Source: a virus (taxonomy: Duplodnaviria > Heunggongvirae > Uroviricota > Caudoviricetes). Taken from it: a stretch of DNA of 61,430 nucleotides. Below the pieces are notes generated by a model that did not search any database, was not told where the DNA came from, and saw only the letters and a list, made by a program, of their open reading frames with translations. The stretch lies in the IMG/VR virus record IMGVR_UViG_3300029288_000083, positions 94,130 to 155,559 of that record; one strand, 5' to 3'. The translations under genes were made by a program, and so were the position numbers. Of this stretch, positions 27,729 through 35,866 are shown one piece after another (positions within the stretch are counted from its first letter, which is position 1; each line of letters opens with the position of its first letter).

Positions 27729-28120
27729 ACTTTGTATTTTTCGATTATTTCTCTAGCTTCTTTTAATGATTCTAATAGCATGCCATTTGTAAACCCAAGT
27801 TTTCTTCTGCCGATTGGCGTATCAATAAAACCCATCAGATTCTTTAAAGAATCTAGAATTTCATTTTCCAATGGCATAACAACAATTGGAATTATTGCAA
27901 ATTCAGATTCATGAGTTTCAATATGATATTTTTTTTCTTTAAACAACCTTTGCATATCTAAAACAAAATCATGCAGTTCACTTTTTGCATGTGCTTCATC
28001 AACATATAATTTGGCAGCACGAATTTTGCAAACGTTTACATTATTTGCACCAATGTATACCGGTTCATCTTTATACGTTAAATCTTGTATGACGTATCCT
28101 AATGTTTTCTTTAGTTCCAT
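27725..28120 (-). CDS. Hypothetical protein
   Basis: 131-aa ORF. Confidence 0.6.
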   Translation of the reverse strand: MELKKTLGYVIQDLTYKDEPVYIGANNVNVCKIRAAKLYVDEAHAKSELHDFVLDMQRLFKEKKYHIETHESEFAIIPIVVMPLENEILDSLKNLMGFIDTPIGRRKLGFTNGMLLESLKEAREIIEKYKV

Positions 28121-28122
28121 AA

Positions 28123-28347
28123 TTATATTTTGTTAAAACGTTTCAAAATGAAAAACAAAAAAACCTGAATACATAAACATATCAAGTACATCCATTTGAA
28201 ATGCATAAACAATTCAAGTCGTGTAACCTGATGTGTAAAAAAATAAAATGTAGGTATTACAATGAGAATGATGTTTATAATAAACATTATTGCAATAACC
28301 GCATCATCCCATTCTAATTCTTTAATAAACTTTTTCAATTTTTCCAT
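28123..28347 (-). CDS. Small membrane protein
   Basis: Two hydrophobic segments. Confidence 0.6.
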   Translation of the reverse strand: MEKLKKFIKELEWDDAVIAIMFIINIILIVIPTFYFFTHQVTRLELFMHFKWMYLICLCIQVFLFFILKRFNKI

Positions 28348-28360
28348 TTGTCAATTTTTT

Positions 28361-28396
28361 AAAATCAAATATACAACATTTAGTATGCAATAGCAA
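28361..28396 (-). promoter_or_regulatory. Early promoter, Bacteroidota sigma-A type
   Basis: Same 36-bp motif. Confidence 0.8.
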
Positions 28397-28397
28397 A

Positions 28398-30143
28398 TTA
28401 ATATGTATATTTGTTTATTAAAGTTTCTCTAGAACTGAATCCTCTACTTCTTGGCGATATGATAACAACAGGAGCAGATTGAGCATTTTTATAAACAGAT
28501 CTTACCATTTGTTTAACAGCAAAATCAATTTCAGTTTGCATTTCTTTTTCTGATAAATGATAAATTGTATCATCATAAAAATCAGGATTCAATTCGTGTC
28601 GATTGAATTCTTGGATAATATCAACTTTAGATTTTCGCGAACGAATAAGATCTGCGCAAATTCCAGATTGTGCAGGATAATTGATTGGATCTTCCATTGC
28701 ATCAGGTAATTCAGCAGCAGGTTTTGTTAATCCATTAAACAATCCTTCAGGAACAATTTCTTTGTCCCAACGATCATTTATATATTTTGCAAATCTGTAT
28801 AACTCAAGTTTTGTCATATCACCAATAGGTTGGTGCACACCTATACTTCCAATGTCATGAAACGATGCCCAGCCCAAAACATTTTCTGTATGATTTCCTG
28901 TTGAAACAATTCCGCTTTTAAATCTGTGATTTGCCGCGATTGCTTGAACAGATCTTAATACTGCATGCATTGTTGAATAACCTGCCAATGGAATTTCTAA
29001 ACCTGAAGATTTAAAACTTTCTTCATCAACTTTTTTGATTTCTTGATAAATTCCTTCAACTGGATTTACATACAATTTGCAACCAAGTAAATCAGCAGTT
29101 TGTGCAGCATACTTATATGTAACCGAACCGTAATTTAAACTTGACGGATTTGTAATGAATACTGTGTGTTCGGGCCCCATTGCATCTACAACAATTGCGG
29201 CAACAATTGAAGAATCAAGACCGCCGGATAGATGTACTTGTGCATTAGGGATTCCACAAAGTTTAAAGAATTCCTTTTGTTCAAAAACCAATGCATCATA
29301 TATTTCAGAAAACTTACTGTTAACTGTACGATTAACGATAGGAATCAAATTTTGTGTATATACACTAAGATTTGCTGTTTTGAAATTTGGTAATTGCGTA
29401 CAAAGATTTCCGATTGAATCGAAAACTAAACTTCCGCCATCATAAATTACAATGTTTTTCAATATGTCACCTAAACCACATGAATTTACCATGATAACAG
29501 GTACATTATTATTTTTTGCAATTTTTTGGAAAAGATTGTAACGAACTTCTTGTTTTCCATAATAGAAATACGATTGGTTGATTGAAATTAAAACCTCAGC
29601 ACCCATATTTACCATTTCTTCTGGAATATTTCTTCTGTGATTTTCAAACCAAGAATCTTCGCAAATTGGAACTCCAATATTTACTGATGAATAATCACGA
29701 AGAACAATGTTGAATATTTTTGTTTCTTTTCCAGGAATAAAATACTTTTTGTCTTCATGATGGTCAGTTGTTGCAAGCAATTGCTTATGATATACTTCAA
29801 GTTTTCCTCGATTTATACATGCAACAGAATTTCTTAATTTTGGGAACCCTGATTTGTTGATTCCGCCACAAGAAACATAACCAACGATGAATGTTTGGTT
29901 GTCTTGTAAATTTTTATTGATTAACACAAGATCTTTGATATAGCTTTCTTGTTTTCTTACAAAATCAATTCTGTCCCATAATGAACCGCAGCAATATCCA
30001 CTTATTGCTGTTTCTGGAAAAACAGAAACATCAACTTTATCATATGCATCTTGTTTTATGCATTCCAAAATTTTATCGAAATTTCCTTGAAGGTCGCCTG
30101 TGACCGTGTTAATTTGATGACCGTTAATTTTCATATATAACAA
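28398..30143 (-). CDS. nadE: Glutamine-dependent NAD+ synthetase (nitrilase plus synthetase domains)
   Basis: VFPETAISGY, YHKQLL, ICED.W; LSGGLDSS, STGNHTE, PIGDMTK, PAAEL. Confidence 0.92.
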   Translation of the reverse strand: MLYMKINGHQINTVTGDLQGNFDKILECIKQDAYDKVDVSVFPETAISGYCCGSLWDRIDFVRKQESYIKDLVLINKNLQDNQTFIVGYVSCGGINKSGFPKLRNSVACINRGKLEVYHKQLLATTDHHEDKKYFIPGKETKIFNIVLRDYSSVNIGVPICEDSWFENHRRNIPEEMVNMGAEVLISINQSYFYYGKQEVRYNLFQKIAKNNNVPVIMVNSCGLGDILKNIVIYDGGSLVFDSIGNLCTQLPNFKTANLSVYTQNLIPIVNRTVNSKFSEIYDALVFEQKEFFKLCGIPNAQVHLSGGLDSSIVAAIVVDAMGPEHTVFITNPSSLNYGSVTYKYAAQTADLLGCKLYVNPVEGIYQEIKKVDEESFKSSGLEIPLAGYSTMHAVLRSVQAIAANHRFKSGIVSTGNHTENVLGWASFHDIGSIGVHQPIGDMTKLELYRFAKYINDRWDKEIVPEGLFNGLTKPAAELPDAMEDPINYPAQSGICADLIRSRKSKVDIIQEFNRHELNPDFYDDTIYHLSEKEMQTEIDFAVKQMVRSVYKNAQSAPVVIISPRSRGFSSRETLINKYTY

Positions 30144-30153
30144 TATTTAAAAT

Positions 30154-30381
30154 TTAAAGTGTAAAGAATGCAAAAATTCGTGGTATTGCGTGAAATATAT
30201 CTATCCAATTGTTATTGAATACGACAAAAACTACAATGTATACTATCAGCCAAATGAATTCAACAAGCATGCCAAAAATTCCGCCAATTTCGTGCGTTAA
30301 ATCGCTATGACTTATTATATCAAGAATAAACCAAATAATTCCTGATGTTACAAAGTACATTAAAAAATCAAGTATATGCAT
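30154..30381 (-). CDS. Small membrane protein
   Basis: Two hydrophobic segments. Confidence 0.6.
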   Translation of the reverse strand: MHILDFLMYFVTSGIIWFILDIISHSDLTHEIGGIFGMLVEFIWLIVYIVVFVVFNNNWIDIFHAIPRIFAFFTL

Positions 30382-30402
30382 AATTTATTTTGTCAATTAA
30401 TT

Positions 30403-30438
30403 AAAATCAAATATACAACATATTACATGCAATAGCAA
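30403..30438 (-). promoter_or_regulatory. Early promoter, Bacteroidota sigma-A type
   Basis: Same 36-bp motif. Confidence 0.8.
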
Positions 30439-30459
30439 TAGTTTCTTACATTATTTTCG

Positions 30460-30532
30460 TGGCCCGTGTGGGTGTCGAACCCACGACCTGAGGGGTTAGA
30501 ATCCTCCGCTCTACCAGTTGAGCTAACGGGCC
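30460..30532 (-). tRNA. tRNA with CUA anticodon (amber suppressor); CCA not encoded
   Basis: GGCCCGT TA GCTC AACTGGTA GAGC G GAGGA TT-CTA-AC CCCTC AGGTC GTGGG TTCGACA CCCAC ACGGGCC A; canonical 73-nt cloverleaf with an A31.C39 mismatch. Confidence 0.88.
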
Positions 30533-30537
30533 AAATA

Positions 30538-30993
30538 TTATTTCATCTGTATTCGTTCTCCTAACGTGATGTTCTTATCTTCTTGCAATCGAATTTTCTT
30601 TTTTGGTATGATGTGTCTTCGTCCTACTGATTTTCCTTGATATTCATTCGTAACCCAACCTCTTTGTCCTTTTGCGATATTTATGATATCATACATTTGT
30701 AAACAAGGCGAATCTGCATTAGCATATATAATTTTATAGACACATGGCCAATTAGATCGTTGCAAAACTGTTGCGTAAATTTTCATTGCGGTATCATTAT
30801 GACCTTGTAATTTTTCTTTATTTGTTACTTTAATATTTGCCATAAAAGTAACAGTATCAACAACAAGATAGTCATATCCTTTACCGCTATGAATTTCTGG
30901 AGATATTTTAAATGCAATCGTGCGATACATTCTACACGATTGCATTGTTATGATAGTTGAAAGTATCAACAAAAAAGTAATAATTCTTTTCAT
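30538..30993 (-). CDS. Putative lipoprotein
   Basis: MKRIITFLLILSTIITMQSC signal peptide with lipobox-like Cys. Confidence 0.55.
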   Translation of the reverse strand: MKRIITFLLILSTIITMQSCRMYRTIAFKISPEIHSGKGYDYLVVDTVTFMANIKVTNKEKLQGHNDTAMKIYATVLQRSNWPCVYKIIYANADSPCLQMYDIINIAKGQRGWVTNEYQGKSVGRRHIIPKKKIRLQEDKNITLGERIQMK

Positions 30994-30996
30994 ATA

Positions 30997-32016
30997 TTAT
31001 AACGATTTGTAAATACTGTAGTAATCCATGAATATTTCCATTGGGTTTAAACCTGAATCAATGAAACTTGCAATTGCATCATTGTATGAGCCATCTTTGA
31101 AATTGTTTGCAACATTTTCCTTAAATGCAGTAATAACCTTTCCAAGTTCTTGACCTTTTAAACCTGTTGCTTCCATAATCATGTCACCGTTAATTGCTTC
31201 GGAAACACGTTGATTTCGTTTATCAGTTTCTTGTAATTTCAAAAGTGTTGTTTTGAAATTTGCTTCTGGGAAAAACGAATCAATAGTATCATGATATTCT
31301 TCCTTGTTCTTTAAGAAAGTAAATTTCGATTGAACATTATTTTTCTCAGCATATTCAAGGAATCCTTGATATGTTGAACGTTTAGCATTACGCTTACGGT
31401 CAATATGATTTAAGTTTTCCATTTGGAAATTATCAACATTGAAATATTTTCCTTCAATAATCCATTCAAAAATTTCCTCGGTTGTATCAAAACCTTTTAA
31501 ATATCGGTCGTAATCATAACCTAAAAATTCAAAAATTTTACGTGAATCTTTAGAAATAACAATGTCTGTTGTTAATCTTCCAGAAAATGTTCGGAATGGA
31601 AAGATTAATCCTTCAAACCCATATTTCAAACCAAATTTATGAGCAATTTTACCCATAAGATTTCCAGTAGGATCCCACGAAAAGAAATCTTTTGCTGTTT
31701 CCCAATTCCTTGTAGGCTGCGGTATAATATCAACTTGATATTTTTGATATTCAAATGAATATACATTGCCATTGCAATATACCGGTCCAAATCTTGCTTT
31801 TAACCGTTCGCCTATGTTTCCTAAATCTCCTGTGTTTAGGATAAGTAAATCCAAATCGCCATGCGTTTCTTTTGTTCTATAAAAAGATACTGTTGCAACT
31901 TCTGTATTAAACATTTCAGTTATAACAGGAATTAATTCGTCTTGTATTCGCAAGTGTTCACTTGTTGTTTTTCGTTCAGTGTACACATTTAAAATTGCCA
32001 TTGCCTTTCCACCCAT
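30997..32016 (-). CDS. Nucleotidyltransferase (pol-beta/PolX-like fold)
   Basis: KETHGDLDLLI, YQVDII; tail INGDMIMEATGLKGQELGKVI resembles the end of CCA-adding enzymes. Confidence 0.7.
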   Translation of the reverse strand: MGGKAMAILNVYTERKTTSEHLRIQDELIPVITEMFNTEVATVSFYRTKETHGDLDLLILNTGDLGNIGERLKARFGPVYCNGNVYSFEYQKYQVDIIPQPTRNWETAKDFFSWDPTGNLMGKIAHKFGLKYGFEGLIFPFRTFSGRLTTDIVISKDSRKIFEFLGYDYDRYLKGFDTTEEIFEWIIEGKYFNVDNFQMENLNHIDRKRNAKRSTYQGFLEYAEKNNVQSKFTFLKNKEEYHDTIDSFFPEANFKTTLLKLQETDKRNQRVSEAINGDMIMEATGLKGQELGKVITAFKENVANNFKDGSYNDAIASFIDSGLNPMEIFMDYYSIYKSL

Positions 32017-32037
32017 TTTTTTATTTTATTAATTGTT

Positions 32038-32073
32038 AAAATCAAATATACAACATTACGAAACCGATAGCAA
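32038..32073 (-). promoter_or_regulatory. Early promoter, Bacteroidota sigma-A type (upstream of the NTase-lipoprotein-tRNA unit)
   Basis: Same 36-bp motif. Confidence 0.8.
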
Positions 32074-32081
32074 GGGAAATA

Positions 32082-33071
32082 CTAATTATTTTTAAATTTC
32101 CATGAAAAACCTTGCGATTTCTTCAATTTATTTTTGCAGCACATTAATATTGTTTTTGTCACGAAATTATTATCGCGAAGTTCGGATAGTGTCCATTCTT
32201 TTAACGATACGTTTTCATTATTTATTTGTAATATAGTCTGTTTGATTTTTGCTGCATTCTGTAGATTTCTATTGTATGCTTGCATATTTTTATAATTACA
32301 ATCTGTTGTATAAAACCACATATATTCATTAAACTTGTAATTACTATTATCTTTATTATTTCTATCACAACATATTTTCACATGACCAGCATGGAAACCT
32401 TCACTGTTTGCATCTTTTGAATTAAAAAATTCTCTTATAAATTTACCATCTAATGAATATTGACAAATAGCTTTATACTGTAACGGAACATCAATTATCT
32501 CGTGTACAGTTTCATTTGCCAAATACTTCCAGTAACTATTGTGAACTTTTCTGTATTTATTTCGCTCTGAATCATTGCACGCTCTGAATATGTGTGATGA
32601 ATTGCATTTAATATGATATGCTGCGTTTGCTGGACTATCCCAAATCTTTAGTATTTTGCCGTTACTATCAAATTGTATAACATCAACAATTTTCCGCATT
32701 TTATCTAAGCTTTCTTTTTTCAATTTTCTGTTAACTGTTCCTTCGCCGCCGTCTGTCATATTAGATAATGGACCCTCCCGTAAATCACGTCGTCCTATTT
32801 TTCTTATTAAATCAATTTCTTTATTGCAAGATTCAACAAACGTTAGACTATCGTAAACTTTTAAAATTATAGGTGTATAACCGGACGTTTTTATCTTATT
32901 TATTATGTTCTGCTTTAACGCGTTTACACTTGTCGATTTAAACATGTGTGCAGTCATTCGCATTCCTTTACCTCTACCTACATAAAAAGGTTCATAATTA
33001 AAAATGATATCATCAAATGTATAATTGCCAGGCTTCAACGGATTGAGATAAACATACACATAAAATTCCAT
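32082..33071 (-). CDS. GIY-YIG homing endonuclease with NUMOD1-like repeats
   Basis: YVYVYLNP...PFYVGRG...R, LSNMTDGGEG, QFDSNG/QYSLDG repeats; ends in TAG. Confidence 0.88.
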   Translation of the reverse strand: MEFYVYVYLNPLKPGNYTFDDIIFNYEPFYVGRGKGMRMTAHMFKSTSVNALKQNIINKIKTSGYTPIILKVYDSLTFVESCNKEIDLIRKIGRRDLREGPLSNMTDGGEGTVNRKLKKESLDKMRKIVDVIQFDSNGKILKIWDSPANAAYHIKCNSSHIFRACNDSERNKYRKVHNSYWKYLANETVHEIIDVPLQYKAICQYSLDGKFIREFFNSKDANSEGFHAGHVKICCDRNNKDNSNYKFNEYMWFYTTDCNYKNMQAYNRNLQNAAKIKQTILQINNENVSLKEWTLSELRDNNFVTKTILMCCKNKLKKSQGFSWKFKNN

Positions 33072-33086
33072 ACTTGATATTTTTAT

Positions 33087-33096
33087 TTATATATTC
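33087..33096 (-). promoter_or_regulatory. Putative late promoter GAATATATAA
   Basis: About 16 nt upstream of the endonuclease ATG. Confidence 0.55.
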
Positions 33097-33099
33097 ATA

Positions 33100-33124
33100 T
33101 AAGATTACAAAATTTGTAATCTTA
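33100..33124. terminator. 11-bp hairpin TAAGATTACAA-AAT-TTGTAATCTTA
   Basis: Perfect inverted repeat after the stop of 33136..33375. Confidence 0.5.
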
Positions 33125-33135
33125 TTAGCAAAACA

Positions 33136-33375
33136 TTATTCTAACATTTTATTAAGTTCAATTTTAATTCTTTTCGCTGTTTCTCCGCGCCAATATTGTG
33201 CATTACCTAAAAAGTAACAAATAATAGATCTTGCAGAATCAGCGTAATAATTATCATTTATTGATTGCAACGTTGACATTGCGTCAAGATATGGTTTTGC
33301 ACCGTAACCGACGTTTTTCCAATCGGAACGAATTTCATTTGCAATTTCTTTTAGTGGTCGATGATTTGTTTCCAT
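33136..33375 (-). CDS. Conserved small phage protein
   Basis: 79 aa; RPLKEIA.EIR.DW...GAKPYLDAM...WRGETAK.IK. Confidence 0.65.
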   Translation of the reverse strand: METNHRPLKEIANEIRSDWKNVGYGAKPYLDAMSTLQSINDNYYADSARSIICYFLGNAQYWRGETAKRIKIELNKMLE

Positions 33376-33395
33376 TTTTATTTTATCAATTAATT

Positions 33396-33431
33396 AAAAT
33401 CAAATATACAACATTTATGATGTAATAGCAA
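33396..33431 (-). promoter_or_regulatory. Early promoter, Bacteroidota sigma-A type
   Basis: Same 36-bp motif. Confidence 0.8.
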
Positions 33432-33436
33432 TAGTT

Positions 33437-34234
33437 TTACTGATTATTTTGCAATAAAATTAAATTAGAATTTGACATTAAAGCATCAACCTTATCATTA
33501 TCTAAATTCAACAAGAAATTTGAAAGTTCATTTGATAACTTTATAAAATTTTGTTGAACTTTTTCAAAAAATTCTTCGCGTTCTTTTGTCCAAGCAATGA
33601 TTGTGTATTCTCGTTCAAATATACCTGCGTTGTTATGCGAATGATGCAAAAACTCAGATGTTGTTTCACAGCCACCAGTATCAGTATGTGCAGTAGTTGC
33701 AGATGTAGGTGAATTTCTTTTCCTCGAGTAATACGTTTTTATTTTTGGCGCATCTTCATCATTAAATAAATAACGATTTGTTTCTTTTACATAAGAAACA
33801 AAATATTGAAACGATATGTTTGTTTTTAATCCTGCATCAGCATGATTATAATCAGTTCTACATTTTAATGTTCCAGTCGAAAACTTAATACAAATTACCT
33901 TTGTTTCATTTGCAAGTTCAATTCGTTTACGTTCAATTGCGTATGTTGATGCTTCAGAAATAATTTTACGCAATTCACGTATGTCAGTAGAAACAATTTT
34001 TTGTTTATATGGCGGGTAGCAGCCTCTATCATTATATCCTTTATGACCTTCCTTCATAAACCACGGTGTGGTATCAACAATATAAGAATATAAATGTTTA
34101 GGTATTTTTGTTGTATAAGAAATACTTTGGATATCTTCTGTTATATCGGTCATTTCAATGTCAAGATTCTTCTTTTCCATTTTCAAAAAATCTTCCGATG
34201 CAATTTCAAATGATAAATTAATTTTCATATTCAA
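33437..34234 (-). CDS. Hypothetical protein
   Basis: 265-aa ORF. Confidence 0.7.
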   Translation of the reverse strand: MNMKINLSFEIASEDFLKMEKKNLDIEMTDITEDIQSISYTTKIPKHLYSYIVDTTPWFMKEGHKGYNDRGCYPPYKQKIVSTDIRELRKIISEASTYAIERKRIELANETKVICIKFSTGTLKCRTDYNHADAGLKTNISFQYFVSYVKETNRYLFNDEDAPKIKTYYSRKRNSPTSATTAHTDTGGCETTSEFLHHSHNNAGIFEREYTIIAWTKEREEFFEKVQQNFIKLSNELSNFLLNLDNDKVDALMSNSNLILLQNNQ

Positions 34235-34247
34235 TTTTTATTAATGT

Positions 34248-34283
34248 AAAATCAAATATACAACATTTATGAAGCAATAGCAA
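34248..34283 (-). promoter_or_regulatory. Early promoter, Bacteroidota sigma-A type
   Basis: Same 36-bp motif. Confidence 0.8.
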
Positions 34284-34287
34284 ATTA

Positions 34288-34536
34288 TTATGCATAAAAT
34301 TTTTCCAAATGCGATTCTAAAATTCTTAAGAATTCTCTTTTTTCTTTTATTGAAAGTTCATCATCTTTCAAAAAAATTAATGATTCATCATCTGTTAAAT
34401 TTTCGCATATATAATCATATTCTTCATCATTTATTCTACATGCTGCTTTTATCATATTATCGAAAAGATCATTCACGCCCATTTTGCCACTGACGAACTT
34501 TATATCTTCTCGATGTTTTCTTTTTAATCTACTCAT
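34288..34536 (-). CDS. Hypothetical protein
   Basis: 82-aa ORF. Confidence 0.6.
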   Translation of the reverse strand: MSRLKRKHREDIKFVSGKMGVNDLFDNMIKAACRINDEEYDYICENLTDDESLIFLKDDELSIKEKREFLRILESHLEKFYA

Positions 34537-35153
34537 AACTTATTAACCAATTTTAGTAATTCAGCTTTATATATGATTTCGCCAGGTGATGTTATACTAG
34601 ATGCAACTAATAAGTAATCAACAATACCCACATACTGTTCGATATTTGAAAGTGATACACCAGATGCAATTGCCATTGGGTGTTCACCCAAGTATTCACG
34701 AATTGCTAGTACTTTATTTATATCTGCTGCTTTACCTGTTCCTACGCCACTTGTTGTTGCGACATCTGTTGCAATTTTTGCGTCTTCACATGCTAATTTC
34801 AAATCTTTTGGCTGTGGTTGATATTTGAATGCTAATCCGCCGAAGAAAATGCCTTTAAAATTTCTAACCAATGATGCATCAAGTGATGAAACCGTGCCAT
34901 CGCACCATAAGCCGTCAACTGATAAATCGTTGTGCAGCGCCATTAATGTGCTGATGCCTAACATATTAACGCCTACCCACAATTCAGGATAATCTTTTTT
35001 AACACGTAATGCGCATTCTATTAATTCATCTACGGTTACTTCATGGTTAATCAAAAATACTTTTTTGATACCGCATTCAATACAAGTTCTGACATTTGTT
35101 AAAACTTGATTTTGATTCAACATATGAATCACTGGAATAATTTCTGTTTTCAT
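34533..35153 (-). CDS. BtpA/SgcQ-family TIM-barrel protein
   Basis: IIPVIHM, VGVNML, TTSGVGTG.AAD..KV, IASGVS..NI, LLVASSI. Confidence 0.75.
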   Translation of the reverse strand: MKTEIIPVIHMLNQNQVLTNVRTCIECGIKKVFLINHEVTVDELIECALRVKKDYPELWVGVNMLGISTLMALHNDLSVDGLWCDGTVSSLDASLVRNFKGIFFGGLAFKYQPQPKDLKLACEDAKIATDVATTSGVGTGKAADINKVLAIREYLGEHPMAIASGVSLSNIEQYVGIVDYLLVASSITSPGEIIYKAELLKLVNKL

Positions 35154-35401
35154 TATTTTTTAAATTTGTTTACAACCAAAGAATCATTTTCACGTGTAAA
35201 GAAAACGGTATCGCCTGCGTGCATGCAATTGCATGTGTCTTTTACGTATAGATACTTATAATACTTTGGAAATGTTGCATGTTGCAATAAATACGAATAA
35301 CCTATTGAATCCCAATCAGGTTGTTCATATCCTAATATGACATACGTTGGATGGCAAGAATACAAACAAATGGAAAGTAATAGTACGAACAAATATTTCA
35401 T
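35153..35401 (-). CDS. Putative lipoprotein
   Basis: MKYLFVLLLSICLYSC signal peptide. Confidence 0.55.
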   Translation of the reverse strand: MKYLFVLLLSICLYSCHPTYVILGYEQPDWDSIGYSYLLQHATFPKYYKYLYVKDTCNCMHAGDTVFFTRENDSLVVNKFKK

Positions 35402-35403
35402 AA

Positions 35404-35679
35404 TTAATTAATAGTTTTTAGCGTTTTAATAGATAAACCAACATATATGCTTGCACCGTATAATTCCGGGATTGTTTTATTTGCGTATAATTTTTCGATT
35501 GATTCTTGAAGTTTTAAACTTTCATTAATTAAATTATCAACTTCTTTTTGCAACTCCGCTGGTGTCATTTTTGTTTCTTCTATGACTTCAGGTTTTTTAA
35601 CCTTTACAGTATTCTTTTTAACAAATTTGGTACTTAACGTTTCAGCTACTTGTGTGAAATCTCCAGATAAATTATTCAT
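35404..35679 (-). CDS. Hypothetical protein
   Basis: 91-aa ORF. Confidence 0.6.
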   Translation of the reverse strand: MNNLSGDFTQVAETLSTKFVKKNTVKVKKPEVIEETKMTPAELQKEVDNLINESLKLQESIEKLYANKTIPELYGASIYVGLSIKTLKTIN

Positions 35680-35825
35680 ATACTTATGTTTAATATTAAT
35701 TTTATTTTATATACAGATCTTTGTAATAGTTTTAACAAAAAAGTATTATTAGATAGCATCCATGATTCATTAGAACAAGTATATGAAACTTTATACAACT
35801 TTTTATATACAACTATACAAAAAAT

Positions 35826-35862
35826 AAAAGGTTCTCTAACGATATGTTTTAGAGAACCTTTT
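35826..35862. terminator. Bidirectional-type terminator after the portal gene
   Basis: 14-bp stem AAAAGGTTCTCTAA/TTAGAGAACCTTTT. Confidence 0.7.
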
Positions 35863-35866
35863 ACTA

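Noticed and set aside
24910-30143. Calling the PRTase and NadE a NARP1/NARP2 pathway
   Set aside because: Neither Adps/Namat nor Nampt/NMNAT signatures could be recognised; the PRTase substrate is unknown
30490-30506. Reading the tRNA as Arg (TCT)
   Set aside because: That register removes position 26, needs a 6-nt variable loop and puts a mismatch mid-stem; the Arg determinant A20 is absent
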